Below the pieces are notes generated by a model. The model did no database searches and was not told the DNA's origin. It was given only the letters and a program-made list of their open reading frames with translations. This document shows, piece by piece, positions 34,297 to 46,901 of a stretch of 64,000 nucleotides of DNA. A program made the position numbers and the translations under genes. How positions within the stretch are numbered: the first letter of the stretch is position 1; every line of letters begins with the position of its first letter. Source of the DNA: Escherichia coli (GTDB lineage: Bacteria; Pseudomonadota; Gammaproteobacteria; Enterobacterales; Enterobacteriaceae); assembly GCF_001677475.2 (NCBI RefSeq), contig NZ_CP015229.1, one strand, 5' to 3'.

Positions 34297-35730
34297 TTAG
34301 CCTTTTTTATCCTGTTGGATCTTCTTGATAATATTAGTGGTCGAGCAACCGTCTTCAAAGTTGAGCACCAACACTTCGCCGCCGTTGGCCCAGACTTCTT
34401 TACTCCCGGCAATCTCTTCTGGTTTATAATCGCCGCCTTTCACCAGCAGGTCTGGCAGGATACCGGCGATCAAGCGCTGCGGCGTGTCTTCTTCAAACGA
34501 CACCACCCAGTCGACCGCTTCCAGTGCGCCCAGCACAATCATACGCTGTTCGAGCGGGTTAACGGGGCGGGAATCCCCTTTCAGCCGTTTGGTGGAGGCA
34601 TCGCTGTTGACGGCGACAATCAAACGGTCACCCAGTTTACGGGCATTTGCCAGATAAGAGACGTGTCCGGCGTGCAGGATGTCAAAGACGCCATTGGTCA
34701 TCACCACTTTTTCACCGCGTTTACGCGCTGCCGCTACAGCAAGCTTCAGTTCCTCTTCGGTCATCACGCCAAAGCCGGTATCTGCACGTCCACGTACTGC
34801 GTTTTCCAGCTCGATCGGCGAAACCGTGGATGTCCCCAGTTTGCCGACCACCACACCAGCCGCCGCATTGGCAAAGAAGCAGGCTTCTTCCAGCGAATTA
34901 CCCGCTGCCAGCGTTGCCGCCAGGACACCAATCACCGTGTCGCCCGCACCGGTAACGTCATACACTTCCTGCGCCTGAGTTGGCATATGCAGCGGTGCTT
35001 TACCCGGTTGCAGCAGCGACATACCCTGTTCGGAACGGGTCACTAACAGAGCCGAGAGTTCGTAATCGGCAATCAGTTTCATGCCGCGCTCAACAATCTC
35101 TTCTTCGGTCTTACATTTACCGACAACAGCTTCAAATTCCGAGAGATTCGGCGTTAACAGCGTAGCGCCGCGGTAGCGCTCAAAATCGGTACCTTTTGGA
35201 TCAATCAGCACCGGAACACCCGCTTTACGCGCCAGTTGGATCATCTGCTGTACGCTTGCCAGCGCACCTTTGGCGTAGTCAGAAAGCACCAGCGCGCCAA
35301 TCGAACTCAGTGCCTGATTAATCCGCTCGTGCAGCGGCTGCGGATCAACCCCTTCAAAACCTTCTTCGAAATCCAGGCGGATCAGCTGTTGGTTACGGGA
35401 AAGCACTCGCAGTTTGGTAATAGTCGGATGCGTCGGTACAGAAACGAAGTCGCATTTTACGTTGACGTCCGCCAGTGATTTACTCAGCGCACGCGCCGCA
35501 TCATCAATACCGGTCAACCCGACCAGGCGAGCGTTAGCACCAAGAGAAGCGATGTTCATCGCCACGTTGGCTGCGCCGCCCGGACGTTCTTCAATGGTAT
35601 TAACTTTAACCACGGGCACCGGCGCTTCCGGCGAGATACGGCTGGTGGGACCGTACCAGTAACGATCCAGCATCACATCACCAACCACCATCACTCCTGC
35701 ACGTTCAAACTCTGGCAGCGTTACTTTCAT
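34297..35730 (-). CDS. hldE: Bifunctional D-beta-D-heptose 7-phosphate kinase / heptose 1-phosphate adenylyltransferase
   Basis: 477 aa, [27 protein letters not shown]. Confidence 0.97.
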
Positions 35731-35777
35731 TCCTGTCTCCTGAGAGATTCAAAATTTGCGCGCGATAATATCACACT

Positions 35778-38618
35778 TCATTCTTCCACCAGCCACTTCT
35801 GCCAGCTTGCCCGCACCAGTTCACGCTCTGCGGTGAAGCAATCCTCCGACACATGGCCCGGCAATTCCTGTAATGCCAGATGATGAAGTTCATCGCGCAG
35901 CGTCGTGTAAGCACGGGTCAGCGCCATCGCTTCCTGCTCTTCCATAATGTCGTTTTGCGCCAGTAGTTCCAGAATGCGCACGTTGTCTGACCAGCGCGTT
36001 AACTTCGGTTTTTCATGAGCGTAGCGCAACACCAGATATTGAGTAATAAATTCGATATCGGTAATTCCGCCTTCATCGGCTTTGATATCAAAGCGATCGC
36101 GATGTTTATTGCCGAGATGGGCACGCATTTTCTCGCGCATTTCCCGCACTTCTGTTTGCAGGGTTTTGCCTTCGCGCGGCAGCATCATAATTTCCCGACG
36201 CACCGCGTCAAAGTGCGCAGTGAGCTGTGGATCGCCATACACTACCCGCGCACGCACCAGCGCCTGATGCTCCCACGTCCAGGCCTCGTTTTTCTGATAA
36301 TCAGCAAACGCTTCAGCGGATGTCACGAGCATTCCCGCCGCCCCGGACGGACGCAGCCGCGCATCCACTTCGTACAAAATGCCGGAAGAAGTACGCGTAC
36401 TGAACAGATGCATAATGCGTTGCGCCAGACGCAGATAAAATTGCCGCCCGTCGATTTCCCGCTCGCCGTCGGTCATCACATCCATCGGGCAATCATGGAG
36501 GAAGATCAGGTCAAGATCGGAACTGTAACCTAACTCCCAACCGCCCAGCTTGCCGTAGCCGACCACCGCAAAACCACGGCCTTCGCGTTCGTTCAGGTGA
36601 TTTGGCTTACCGTAGCGGGCAACCATTTGAACCCACGCCTGCTGAACGACGGCGTCAATCATGGCTTCCGCCAGCCAGGTTAAGTGATCGCTCACTTTCA
36701 TCACCGGTAGCGTACCGGCGATATCCGCTGCCGCAATACGTAACAGTTGCGCCTGTTTGAACTGACGCAGCGCCTCAAGCTGTTGTTCTTCGTCATCTTC
36801 CGGCACGCGCAGTAAATACTGGCGCAGTTCATCACGGTAGGCATCCGTCGCCGTCGGCTGGTAGAGAGTGTTTGGATCGAGCAGTTCATCCAGCAATAAC
36901 GGATAACGCGCCAGTTGGCTGGCAATCATCGGCGATGCGGCACACAGAGAAATCAAATGTTTAAGCGCCGCGGGGAATTCACTGAGCAATTCTAAATAGG
37001 TGGTGCGGGTAACAATCCCCACCAGCAAGGCGGTAATGCGCGACAGCGTAACGGCAGCGTCTTCACGCGCACAGACATCACTTAGCAAATGTGGCATCAG
37101 ATGGTCGAGCACCTGACGTCCTCGCGGCCCGATGGTGCGCTTATCCAGCTCTTTGCGGAAATCGGCAATCAGCGTTAGCACCTGTTTGCGATCATCCTCG
37201 CTAAGATGCGCCAGCACTGGCGTGGTGTCATCTTCCTGCAACGCATCCTGCCACAGCTCACGCCACTGTTCCGACAGCGACTCTTCCTGAGTTTCGCTTT
37301 CGTCGTCGCCAATCAATTCGTTAAACACCCGGCGCACATTGGTCATATGTCCGGTCAGCTTCCCTGTTAGTTGCGACCAGTCAGCGAAATCCATTGCCCA
37401 CGCCAGCCGCGCACGATTAAGCTCATCAGAAGGAAGCGTCTGGGTTTGTTCGTCGTTAATGCTTTGCAGCAGGTTTTCCAGACGCCGCAGGAACAGATAC
37501 GCCACTCGCAATTGTTCAGCATCGTTTTCAGAAAGCAGATGCAGCGCGGCAATAGCGCTGAGCGTTGGTAGTAAAGAGCGCGATTGCAGCGACGGTTCAC
37601 GCCCGCCGCGAATAAGCTGGAATACCTGGACGATAAATTCAATTTCTCGAATGCCACCCGCGCCAAGTTTGATGTTGTCGGTCAAACCACGTCGACGCAC
37701 TTCGCGGGCAATCATCCCTTTCATGTTGCGCAGCGACTGGATGACGCTGAAATCGATGTAACGACGGAAAACAAACGGGCGCAGCATCGCACGCAACTCG
37801 TTAGCATAGACGCCTTCGCTATCGCCCATAATCCGCGCCTTGACCATCGCGTAACGCTCCCAGTCGCGCCCCTGCTCCTGGTAATAATCTTCCAGTGCCG
37901 CAAAGCTCAGCACCAGCGGGCCACTTTCGCCAAACGGACGCAGTCGCATATCCACGCGATAGACGAAACCATCCTGCGTTGGTTGATCCAGCACTTTAAT
38001 CAGCCGCTGCCCCATGCGGGTAAAAAACTGCGCGTTATCCATTTCCCGGCGTCCGCCCTGGGTACAACCATGTTCCGGCCAGGCAAAAATCAGATCGATA
38101 TCAGAGGAGAAATTCAGTTCCCCGCCGCCCAGCTTACCCATGCCTAAAATCAGCAGCGGTTGCGCTTCGCCCTGCGCATTGCACGGCGTTCCCCATTCGC
38201 GGCAGCAGGCGTCATACAGCCAGTCACGCGCCGCAACAATCAGCGTCTCCGCCAGATGACTGAGCTGCTGCAAAATGCTCTCTTCAGTAACCAGTGCCAG
38301 CGTTTGCGCCCAGGCGATGCGCACCATAATGCGCCGCCGGAATAGCCGCAGCTCGCGCATTACCCCGGCTTCGTCACTCACATTACTGAGCGCCTCCTGC
38401 AACCAGGCAGCGTAATGCTGCCATTCGTCGGCCTGCGGCGGTTGGCTTTCCAGTTCCGTCAGCCACTCTGGATGCGCAATCACGCTGTCCTGCACAAAAT
38501 CACTGAAAGTAAGTACTGACTTCGCCTGTGCGCTAAGTGATTCCTCGGCTAAAGGCTCTGGCAGCCGCTCAACAACGGTCTGCCAGTACTGCTGTAACGG
38601 TGAAGAGAGCGGCTTCAT
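35778..38618 (-). CDS. glnE: Glutamine synthetase adenylyltransferase/adenylyl-removing enzyme
   Basis: Start placed at 38618 ([21 protein letters not shown], 946 aa). The 68-codon upstream extension in the track overlaps ygiF and is not credited. Confidence 0.95.
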   Translation of the reverse strand: MKPLSSPLQQYWQTVVERLPEPLAEESLSAQAKSVLTFSDFVQDSVIAHPEWLTELESQPPQADEWQHYAAWLQEALSNVSDEAGVMRELRLFRRRIMVRIAWAQTLALVTEESILQQLSHLAETLIVAARDWLYDACCREWGTPCNAQGEAQPLLILGMGKLGGGELNFSSDIDLIFAWPEHGCTQGGRREMDNAQFFTRMGQRLIKVLDQPTQDGFVYRVDMRLRPFGESGPLVLSFAALEDYYQEQGRDWERYAMVKARIMGDSEGVYANELRAMLRPFVFRRYIDFSVIQSLRNMKGMIAREVRRRGLTDNIKLGAGGIREIEFIVQVFQLIRGGREPSLQSRSLLPTLSAIAALHLLSENDAEQLRVAYLFLRRLENLLQSINDEQTQTLPSDELNRARLAWAMDFADWSQLTGKLTGHMTNVRRVFNELIGDDESETQEESLSEQWRELWQDALQEDDTTPVLAHLSEDDRKQVLTLIADFRKELDKRTIGPRGRQVLDHLMPHLLSDVCAREDAAVTLSRITALLVGIVTRTTYLELLSEFPAALKHLISLCAASPMIASQLARYPLLLDELLDPNTLYQPTATDAYRDELRQYLLRVPEDDEEQQLEALRQFKQAQLLRIAAADIAGTLPVMKVSDHLTWLAEAMIDAVVQQAWVQMVARYGKPNHLNEREGRGFAVVGYGKLGGWELGYSSDLDLIFLHDCPMDVMTDGEREIDGRQFYLRLAQRIMHLFSTRTSSGILYEVDARLRPSGAAGMLVTSAEAFADYQKNEAWTWEHQALVRARVVYGDPQLTAHFDAVRREIMMLPREGKTLQTEVREMREKMRAHLGNKHRDRFDIKADEGGITDIEFITQYLVLRYAHEKPKLTRWSDNVRILELLAQNDIMEEQEAMALTRAYTTLRDELHHLALQELPGHVSEDCFTAERELVRASWQKWLVEE

Positions 38619-38640
38619 TAGCGATTTTATCCTTGCCTGA

Positions 38641-39942
38641 TTAACGTTTTCCGCTGTGCAACCAGAACGGTTCCTGATTGTTTGCCTCATTACGGAAATG
38701 TTCAATTTCAATGCGTTGACCGGTCGCAATAGCGTGATGCAGCCCCTGCCAGTTCTCCAGCCAGGCTTGCGCGACGACAGGATTGTAGTAACCCGCCAGC
38801 AACAATATCGAATCAATATCACGCGTCAGGCGTGGCAACTGGTCATGGTAGCGATCGCCTAACGGCTGGCAGAAAACGCTTTTCAGTTCCGCGGCATGGC
38901 GGGAAAGATGGATATCGGCAAAGCGTTTGAAGGAATCGCTGATTTTGCCCTGCGCTTTGGCATCTAAAAACGGCTGCCAGGCTTTGCTTACCAGCCATTC
39001 GGTCAACGCCAGCTTCGCCATCGCCGTTTCGGTAGAGTAGACCGCCGTTACGGCAGACACCGCAGAAGCGATGGTCGCTTCGCATTGAGTCAGTAAATCA
39101 CGTAAGTGAGTGCTCGCTTTACGCGGCACAATGCCACCGAACAGCATCAGCGTATGGCGAACAAGGCCAATGGCTGCCAGCACCTGCTCTTTCGCCGCAT
39201 CGTTGCCGCGTACCCACAGTTCTTCATGATACTGCCATTGCGCTAACGCCAGCTCGAGCGCCGCTTCCAGCCCCTGTTCCACATCAGCTTTTGCCGCAAC
39301 ATGCAAAATGGTGGTCGGTTTGATTTCACGCGCGGGATTGCCCTGCGCCAGATGATAGCCACGCGCCGCTTTGCTCAGGCTGCCCTGGCGTAATCCGGTT
39401 TGCGATACCAGTTGGTTCGCCAGTTTCAGCACCGCGCGCGTGTCGCCGCTAAGCAGTTCCAGTTCCAGCTCGCAGATAGGTTCAGCAAATTCACCCGCTT
39501 TCACTTCCCCCTGGTCGAGGGCGATTTCAATTTGGCTACCATCAACCTCTACCAGCCACTTTTCGCGATAAAAATCGGTGCTGAACAGCGGTTGTACGCG
39601 GGAAGCAAGATCGGCAGGCAATTCGCCGTTCGGCCAGACTTCCGTCGGTAACTGCGCCAGGTCGAGCGTCGGTTCGCTCAACGCCACGTTATATTCCGGG
39701 CGCTGGTGTAAGCCGCCTGTCACTCTTCCTGCAACTTTCATGGTCATCTCATAGCGACCGTTTTCGCCACGAATACGCAAGCCCATGTCGTGCCCACGCA
39801 GCCAGTTATCCGGCGTTTCGTAGTAAATATTCAGCAACTGCACGGGGTCATGGTGCTCGCCGCCCAGCGTATTGAGATGGTCACGCAACGCCTCAACGGC
39901 ACTGTGATTAACAATAAACTTTAATTCGATTTCCTGAGCCAT
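38641..39942 (-). CDS. ygiF: Inorganic triphosphatase YgiF (CYTH plus CHAD domains)
   Basis: 433 aa, [11 protein letters not shown] (the EXEXK motif of CYTH). Confidence 0.93.
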   Translation of the reverse strand: MAQEIELKFIVNHSAVEALRDHLNTLGGEHHDPVQLLNIYYETPDNWLRGHDMGLRIRGENGRYEMTMKVAGRVTGGLHQRPEYNVALSEPTLDLAQLPTEVWPNGELPADLASRVQPLFSTDFYREKWLVEVDGSQIEIALDQGEVKAGEFAEPICELELELLSGDTRAVLKLANQLVSQTGLRQGSLSKAARGYHLAQGNPAREIKPTTILHVAAKADVEQGLEAALELALAQWQYHEELWVRGNDAAKEQVLAAIGLVRHTLMLFGGIVPRKASTHLRDLLTQCEATIASAVSAVTAVYSTETAMAKLALTEWLVSKAWQPFLDAKAQGKISDSFKRFADIHLSRHAAELKSVFCQPLGDRYHDQLPRLTRDIDSILLLAGYYNPVVAQAWLENWQGLHHAIATGQRIEIEHFRNEANNQEPFWLHSGKR

Positions 39943-40183
39943 AGCCTTTACTTATCGGTTATGTCACATAAGTGACGATGAACGGCGAACTTAATGCGAT
40001 CTTTTTTGTCAGTAGATAGTATTTTGCGCCAAATTGCCATGCAACGGGCAATTTGACGGGCGTAAAAGTTTGAAGCAGTGGCAAGACCTGACACAGAGGA
40101 TTCCGATTGATGTCGAATGCTTTGCGTAGCGACACTGATGCCACTACTATCGTTCCACTTTCCATGACAATAACGACAGCCTG

Positions 40184-40804
40184 ATGCCAAAATTACGCCT
40201 GATCGGATTAACTTTACTCGCACTTAGCGCCACTGCCGTCTCACACGCTGAAGAAACGCGCTATGTTTCTGATGAACTGAATACCTGGGTCCGTAGCGGT
40301 CCGGGAGATCATTATCGCCTCGTGGGCACGGTTAACGCCGGCGAGGAAGTGACCTTATTACAAACTGACGCCAACACCAATTATGCCCAGGTGAAAGACA
40401 GCTCTGGCCGTACCGCCTGGATCCCGTTGAAACAACTTAGCACAGAGCCAAGCCTGCGCTCCCGTGTGCCAGATCTGGAAAATCAGGTCAAAACCCTGAC
40501 CGATAAGCTCACCAATATCGATAACACCTGGAATCAGCGCACCGCAGAAATGCAGCAAAAAGTGGCGCAGAGCGACAGCGTGATCAACGGGTTAAAAGAA
40601 GAAAATCAGAAACTGAAAAACGAGCTGATTGTCGCGCAGAAAAAGGTCGATGCCGCCAGCGTACAGCTGGATGACAAACAGCGCACCATCATCATGCAGT
40701 GGTTTATGTATGGCGGCGGCGTGCTGGGGCTTGGCTTGCTGCTCGGTCTGGTACTGCCGCACCTGATCCCAAGCCGCAAACGCAAAGATCGCTGGATGAA
40801 CTAA
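40184..40804 (+). CDS. ygiM: SH3-domain membrane-anchored protein YgiM
   Basis: 206 aa with a signal peptide, SH3b region, coiled coil and C-terminal transmembrane segment. Confidence 0.9.
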   Translation: MPKLRLIGLTLLALSATAVSHAEETRYVSDELNTWVRSGPGDHYRLVGTVNAGEEVTLLQTDANTNYAQVKDSSGRTAWIPLKQLSTEPSLRSRVPDLENQVKTLTDKLTNIDNTWNQRTAEMQQKVAQSDSVINGLKEENQKLKNELIVAQKKVDAASVQLDDKQRTIIMQWFMYGGGVLGLGLLLGLVLPHLIPSRKRKDRWMN

Positions 40805-40867
40805 ATCGCCTTCTTCGTTGCACTGTCTTATTATTAGGAATTGTGTATTTGACGAAGGGATGATGGC

Positions 40868-42106
40868 GTGAAGATTTATCTGGTCGGTGGTGCTGTTCGG
40901 GATGCATTGTTAGGGCTACCGGTCAAAGACAGAGATTGGGTGGTGGTCGGCAGTACGCCACAGGAGATGCTCGACGCGGGCTACCAGCAGGTAGGCCGCG
41001 ATTTTCCTGTTTTTCTGCATCCGCAAACGCATGAAGAGTATGCGCTGGCACGTACTGAACGGAAATCCGGTTCCGGTTACACCGGTTTTACCTGCTATGC
41101 CGCACCGGATGTCACGCTGGAAGATGATCTTAAGCGTCGCGATCTGACCATTAATGCGCTGGCCCAGGACGATAACGGCGAGATTATCGACCCGTACAAC
41201 GGTCTGGGCGATCTGCAAAATCGTCTGTTGCGCCATGTTTCCCCCGCTTTTGGCGAAGATCCGTTACGCGTATTGCGCGTGGCGCGTTTTGCTGCGCGTT
41301 ATGCCCACCTCGGTTTTCGTATTGCCGATGAAACTCTGGCACTGATGCGCGAGATGACCCATGCGGGTGAACTGGAACACCTGACGCCTGAACGGGTATG
41401 GAAAGAGACGGAAAGCGCCCTCACCACCCGCAATCCCCAAGTCTTCTTCCAGGTACTGCGCGATTGTGGTGCACTGCGCGTTTTATTCCCGGAAATTGAC
41501 GCCCTGTTTGGCGTTCCGGCCCCTGCCAAGTGGCATCCGGAAATCGACACGGGTATTCATACCTTAATGACGCTCTCAATGGCGGCGATGCTGAGTCCGC
41601 AGGTCGATGTCCGTTTCGCAACGCTATGCCACGATCTCGGTAAAGGACTGACGCCGCCAGAACTTTGGCCGCGTCATCATGGTCATGGCCCGGCGGGTGT
41701 TAAGTTAGTGGAACAACTCTGCCAGCGTCTGCGTGTGCCAAATGAAATTCGCGATTTAGCCAGACTGGTGGCTGAGTTTCACGATCTCATCCACACCTTC
41801 CCAATGCTGAACCCAAAAACCATCGTCAAATTATTTGATTCCATCGATGCCTGGCGTAAACCGCAGCGTGTCGAGCAACTGGCGCTGACCAGCGAGGCTG
41901 ACGTGCGCGGCAGAACCGGTTTTGAATCGGCGGACTACCCGCAAGGCCGCTGGTTGCGCGAAGCCTGGGAAGTGGCACAGTCAGTGCCGACAAAAGCCGT
42001 CGTTGAAGCGGGATTTAAAGGTGTGGAGATTCGCGAAGAGCTGACCCGACGGAGGATTGCGGCGGTAGCCAGCTGGAAGGAACAACGTTGCCCAAAGCCT
42101 GATTAA
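40868..42106 (+). CDS. cca: tRNA CCA-adding enzyme / phosphohydrolase
   Basis: 412 aa with a GTG start, [18 protein letters not shown] domain. Confidence 0.96.
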   Translation: MKIYLVGGAVRDALLGLPVKDRDWVVVGSTPQEMLDAGYQQVGRDFPVFLHPQTHEEYALARTERKSGSGYTGFTCYAAPDVTLEDDLKRRDLTINALAQDDNGEIIDPYNGLGDLQNRLLRHVSPAFGEDPLRVLRVARFAARYAHLGFRIADETLALMREMTHAGELEHLTPERVWKETESALTTRNPQVFFQVLRDCGALRVLFPEIDALFGVPAPAKWHPEIDTGIHTLMTLSMAAMLSPQVDVRFATLCHDLGKGLTPPELWPRHHGHGPAGVKLVEQLCQRLRVPNEIRDLARLVAEFHDLIHTFPMLNPKTIVKLFDSIDAWRKPQRVEQLALTSEADVRGRTGFESADYPQGRWLREAWEVAQSVPTKAVVEAGFKGVEIREELTRRRIAAVASWKEQRCPKPD

Positions 42107-42140
42107 CTTTTTAAATTCAGTATATTGCAGAAATCCTTTA

Positions 42141-42175
42141 GGTCGGATAAGACGCACAAGCGTCATATCCGACAC
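42141..42175. repeat. REP-like element between cca and uppP
   Basis: ggtcggataagacgcacaagcgtcatatccgacac, an imperfect palindrome of the REP type. Confidence 0.6.
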
Positions 42176-42185
42176 TATCTCTCAA

Positions 42186-43007
42186 TCAAAAGAACACAAC
42201 GTACACCGCAGCTGCCACAATAAAGCGATAAATGGCGAACGGGATAAACGAAATGCGCTTAATCAGTTGCAGGAAGGTTTTAATCGCTATCAGTGCCACC
42301 ACAAAAGCGGTGATAAACCCAACGGCAAACATCGGGATATCGCCGGTTGTCAGGAAGCCCCAGCTTTTGTAGAGATCGAGCGCCGTTGCGCCCATCATCA
42401 TCGGCACCGCCAGCAGGAACGAGAACTCGGAAGCAGCGTAACGGCTCACGCCCATCAGCATCCCACCTGAAATGGTCGCCCCGGAACGGGAGAAACCCGG
42501 CCACAGCGCCAGACACTGGAAACAGCCAATCATAAACGCCTGACGATAGGTCATATCATCAAGACCCGGCGCACGCGGCTCTTTCGGCTTCAGGCATTCG
42601 GCGGCAATCAGCAACAAACCGCCAACGACCAGTGCATACATCACATTTATCGGGTTAAACAATGACTTAATCGTGTCGTGGAACAACAGCCCCAGTACCA
42701 CCGCCGGAATCATCCCCAGCAAAATGTGGATCAGCGTTAAACGACCTTTGCTTTCTCCTTCGTGCTGCAACGGGCGGCCAAAGTGGATGCCAATCAGGCC
42801 AAACAGACGCCGCCAGAACATCACTACTACCGCCAGAATTGATCCTAACTGGATCACAACTTCAAAGGTTTTCGCCGTGTCGCCCTCAAACCCCAACAAG
42901 TGACCGACAATAATCATATGGCCCGTGCTGGATACCGGCAGAAATTCTGTCAATCCTTCGACCACACCCAATATTGCCGCTATCAGCAGCGAGTGCATAT
43001 CGCTCAT
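42186..43007 (-). CDS. uppP: Undecaprenyl-diphosphate phosphatase
   Basis: [30 protein letters not shown], 273 aa from the second ATG. Confidence 0.96.
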
Positions 43008-43097
43008 CAATAAACCCCTAAATTATTAAAATGTACCGCTTGTCCGAACTACTGCAGTATGACCAGGTTATAACCATTTGGTTTAACAGCTGTAAAA

Positions 43098-43466
43098 TTA
43101 ATTATTTTCTTTCAGATTATTGCCACGCTCAATGATTACGCCAACATTCGCCGCCCGCGCCACTGCGCCTGGCTTGCTGAGTTTGATACGCACCCACGGC
43201 GAGTTGAAGCGTGCTAACAGCAGCTCCGCCACCTCTTCAGCCACGCGCTCCACCAGCGCAAAACGCGCCCCCTCGACGTGGCTGACCACCGTTTCTGCAA
43301 TGTCAGCGTAACTGAGGCAATCCGCCACATCATCACTTTTCGCCGCTTTACGGTTATCCCATGCCATTTCGATATCGAACACTAACTTCTGTTCGATGGT
43401 CTGTTCCCAGTCGTAAACACCAATAGTGGTGATTACCGAAAGTTGCTCTATAAATACAATATCCAT
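43098..43466 (-). CDS. folB: Dihydroneopterin aldolase
   Basis: MDIVFIEQLSVITTIGVYDWEQ, 122 aa. Confidence 0.95.
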   Translation of the reverse strand: MDIVFIEQLSVITTIGVYDWEQTIEQKLVFDIEMAWDNRKAAKSDDVADCLSYADIAETVVSHVEGARFALVERVAEEVAELLLARFNSPWVRIKLSKPGAVARAANVGVIIERGNNLKENN

Positions 43467-43570
43467 CACGTCCTGCCTGCTTTTTGGCTAACCGGATACC
43501 ACTTCCGGCGAAATGTGCGTATTATCCACAGATTCATCGTTGAACACGAATTTTCAAAACGGAACAGCTT

Positions 43571-44188
43571 ATGAGTGCAATCGCGCCTGGAATGATCCTC
43601 ATCGCGTACCTCTGCGGCTCCATTTCCAGTGCCATTCTGGTTTGCCGCTTGTGTGGGCTGCCCGATCCGCGAACCAGCGGCTCCGGCAATCCAGGCGCAA
43701 CCAATGTGTTACGTATCGGTGGCAAGGGAGCAGCCGTAGCAGTACTGATTTTCGACGTTCTGAAAGGAATGTTGCCCGTCTGGGGCGCGTATGAATTAGG
43801 TGTCAGCCCCTTCTGGCTAGGCTTAATTGCCATCGCCGCCTGTCTTGGACACATCTGGCCCGTTTTCTTCGGATTTAAAGGAGGAAAAGGCGTTGCTACC
43901 GCTTTTGGTGCCATCGCACCAATTGGCTGGGATCTCACCGGAGTAATGGCGGGAACCTGGTTACTGACCGTGCTATTGAGCGGATACTCGTCGCTGGGAG
44001 CGATTGTCAGCGCACTGATTGCTCCGTTTTATGTCTGGTGGTTTAAGCCACAATTCACCTTCCCGGTTTCGATGCTCTCTTGCCTGATCCTGCTGCGTCA
44101 TCATGACAACATCCAGCGTCTGTGGCGTCGTCAGGAGACAAAAATCTGGACGAAATTCAAAAGAAAGCGCGAAAAGGATCCCGAGTGA
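43571..44188 (+). CDS. plsY: Glycerol-3-phosphate acyltransferase PlsY
   Basis: 205 aa, polytopic membrane protein, SGNPGATNV motif. Confidence 0.95.
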
Positions 44189-44200
44189 TTTCTGGTGGAT

Positions 44201-45133
44201 CTACATAACCTGATAGCCTTCGTCGGGCTTGCCCAGCCGTTGCTGGCACCATGCCGCCAGAAATTCCACGCAGACACGTAATTTCATGCTGCGATAGAGC
44301 GGCTCCCGGTAAACAGCCCAGATATTGGCGCTTTGTGCATACTCCGGCAATACTCGCACCAGTTTGCCACTCTCCAGAAACGGCAACACATCCCACTCGG
44401 AACGCAACATAATCCCTTTGCCCTCCAGCGCCCATTGCAACACTATCTCGCCGCTATTGGAGGAAAGATGCCCGCTTACCTTCACCGATTTTTTCTCCTG
44501 ACCGTTCCCCAACTCCCATATTCCGTGAGTCATATCGCGCTCTTTGGTCACCAGACAATCATGACGACTTAATTCCTGTAAGGATTGTGGCTGCGGATAT
44601 TTTTGCAGATACTCAGGTGCTGCGCATAATATTCTTTTATTTTTCGTTAACAGATGCGCAATATAATAATCAGGAATTTCGTCATTAATACGAATATCCA
44701 GATCAATATTATCCTGCACTAAATCAATTTGCCGATCGAACAATTCAAAATGCACCTGTAACTCAGGATAATTGCGCATCAGTTCGGTAATGGCTGGCGC
44801 AATATGGCTGCGCCCAAAACCAAAACTGCAACCAATACGAATCATCCCCTCCGGGCGCGTTTTGATTTGCGTGACGTCATCGACCAGTCGCTGATATTGG
44901 GTGAGGATTTCCAACGCATGTTCGTAACAACGTTGGCCACTTTCAGTCAGCGCCACGCCGCGAGCGGATCGGTTCAGCAGCGTTGTTGCCAGCGTATTTT
45001 CAAGGATTTGGATCCGCTTGGTGACAAATGCAGGCGTCTGCCCAAGCGTCGCCGCTGCGGCGCTAAAACTCTCGCTGTGGACGATTTCTACCAGTACCTG
45101 CAAATCTTTGGCTAAAGGCCAGCTATTCAGCAT
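44201..45133 (-). CDS. ttdR: LysR-type activator of the tartrate operon
   Basis: 310 aa LysR family protein, divergent from ttdAB. Confidence 0.93.
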   Translation of the reverse strand: MLNSWPLAKDLQVLVEIVHSESFSAAAATLGQTPAFVTKRIQILENTLATTLLNRSARGVALTESGQRCYEHALEILTQYQRLVDDVTQIKTRPEGMIRIGCSFGFGRSHIAPAITELMRNYPELQVHFELFDRQIDLVQDNIDLDIRINDEIPDYYIAHLLTKNKRILCAAPEYLQKYPQPQSLQELSRHDCLVTKERDMTHGIWELGNGQEKKSVKVSGHLSSNSGEIVLQWALEGKGIMLRSEWDVLPFLESGKLVRVLPEYAQSANIWAVYREPLYRSMKLRVCVEFLAAWCQQRLGKPDEGYQVM

Positions 45134-45339
45134 CGTTAATTATCCGCAGTTGTGATAAGCGCAGTGTATTTCGCAAAACATTGCCATTCCCTGCTCTGGC
45201 GCAATATTCATTCTTATTTTCGCGTTGATTCACGAACTGTGAATTACATATTCACGGCGGCAAAAAATATAAAACCACATTTTTAGTGGTAGTTTGTGGC
45301 GGTGAATTTTTCCAGACAAATACATAAACTGGAGTTGCC

Positions 45340-46251
45340 ATGATGAGCGAAAGTAATAAGCAACAGGCAGTGAATAAGTTGACGGAGATTATCGCTAACT
45401 TTACCGCCATGATTTCTACCCGAATGCCCGATGACGTGGTGGACAAACTAAAACAGCTAAAGGATGCCGAAACGTCGTCGATGGGGAAAATCATCTACCA
45501 CACGATGTTCGACAACATGCAAAAAGCAATCGACCTGAATCGCCCGGCCTGCCAGGACACCGGCGAAATCATGTTTTTTGTTAAGGTCGGTTCCCGTTTC
45601 CCACTGCTTGGCGAGCTGCAAAGCATTCTTAAGCAAGCCGTGGAAGAGGCAACCGTCAAAGCGCCACTGCGTCACAATGCGGTAGAAATTTTTGACGAAG
45701 TGAACACCGGCAAAAATACCGGCAGCGGCGTACCGTGGGTCACCTGGGATATCGTCCCCGACGGTGACGATGCGGAAATCGAAGTTTACATGGCAGGCGG
45801 CGGCTGCACGTTGCCTGGTCGTTCGAAAGTGTTAATGCCGTCGGAAGGCTACGAAGGCGTAGTGAAATTCGTCTTCGAAAATATCTCCACCCTCGCCGTA
45901 AACGCCTGTCCACCGGTACTGGTAGGCGTGGGCATCGCCACCTCGGTGGAAACCGCCGCTGTGCTCTCACGTAAAGCCATTTTGCGCCCAATTGGCAGCC
46001 GCCACCCCAATCCGAAAGCGGCAGAGCTGGAGCTACGCCTGGAAGAAGGACTCAACCGTCTGGGGATTGGTCCACAAGGGCTGACTGGCAACAGTTCAGT
46101 GATGGGCGTACATATCGAATCTGCCGCCCGCCATCCGTCAACCATCGGCGTTGCTGTTTCTACAGGCTGCTGGGCGCATCGTCGCGGCACACTGCTGGTT
46201 CATGCCGATCTCACCTTTGAAAATCTGTCTCACACCCGGAGCGCGTTATGA
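45340..46251 (+). CDS. ttdA: L(+)-tartrate dehydratase alpha subunit
   Basis: 303 aa, Fe-S hydro-lyase alpha family. Confidence 0.95.
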   Translation: MMSESNKQQAVNKLTEIIANFTAMISTRMPDDVVDKLKQLKDAETSSMGKIIYHTMFDNMQKAIDLNRPACQDTGEIMFFVKVGSRFPLLGELQSILKQAVEEATVKAPLRHNAVEIFDEVNTGKNTGSGVPWVTWDIVPDGDDAEIEVYMAGGGCTLPGRSKVLMPSEGYEGVVKFVFENISTLAVNACPPVLVGVGIATSVETAAVLSRKAILRPIGSRHPNPKAAELELRLEEGLNRLGIGPQGLTGNSSVMGVHIESAARHPSTIGVAVSTGCWAHRRGTLLVHADLTFENLSHTRSAL

Positions 46252-46853
46252 AAAAGATCCTGACAACCCCGATCAAAGCTGAAGATCTGCAAGATATTCG
46301 CGTCGGCGATGTGATCTACCTGACCGGTACGCTGGTGACCTGTCGTGACGTTTGTCACCGTCGCTTGATCGAACTGAAACGTCCGATCCCTTACGATCTC
46401 AACGGCAAAGCGATTTTCCACGCTGGCCCCATCGTGCGCAAAAACGGCGACAAATGGGAGATGGTATCCGTCGGTCCGACAACCAGTATGCGTATGGAAA
46501 GTTTTGAACGTGAATTTATCGAACAGACCGGCGTGAAACTGGTGGTCGGCAAAGGCGGAATGGGGCCGCTGACCGAAGAAGGCTGCCAGAATTTCAAGGC
46601 GCTGCATGTGATTTTCCCGGCAGGCTGCGCAGTACTGGCGGCAACCCAGGTGGAAGAGATTGAAGAAGTGCACTGGACAGAACTCGGGATGCCGGAGTCG
46701 CTGTGGGTCTGCCGGGTCAAAGAGTTCGGTCCGCTGATTGTTTCTATTGATACCCACGGCAACAACCTGATAGCCGAAAACAAAAAGCTGTTCGCCGAAC
46801 GCCGCGATCCCATCGTGGAAGAGATTTGCGAGCACGTCCACTACATCAAATAA
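46248..46853 (+). CDS. ttdB: L(+)-tartrate dehydratase beta subunit
   Basis: 201 aa. ATGA overlap with ttdA. Confidence 0.95.
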   Translation: MKKILTTPIKAEDLQDIRVGDVIYLTGTLVTCRDVCHRRLIELKRPIPYDLNGKAIFHAGPIVRKNGDKWEMVSVGPTTSMRMESFEREFIEQTGVKLVVGKGGMGPLTEEGCQNFKALHVIFPAGCAVLAATQVEEIEEVHWTELGMPESLWVCRVKEFGPLIVSIDTHGNNLIAENKKLFAERRDPIVEEICEHVHYIK

Positions 46854-46901
46854 CCCTCCCGGAGAGGCTCACCCCCTCTCCTTTTTCGCAGGCATAACAC
46901 G

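Noticed and set aside
34315-35046. 243-aa plus-strand ORF and other plus ORFs inside hldE
   Set aside because: They are antisense to hldE.
38619-38822. 68-codon N-terminal extension of glnE in the ORF track
   Set aside because: The extension overlaps the 3' end of ygiF and lacks a Shine-Dalgarno. The canonical [13 protein letters not shown] start at 38618 gives the expected 946-aa protein.
46230-46841. 203-aa minus-strand ORF overlapping ttdB
   Set aside because: It is antisense to ttdB and lacks start signals.
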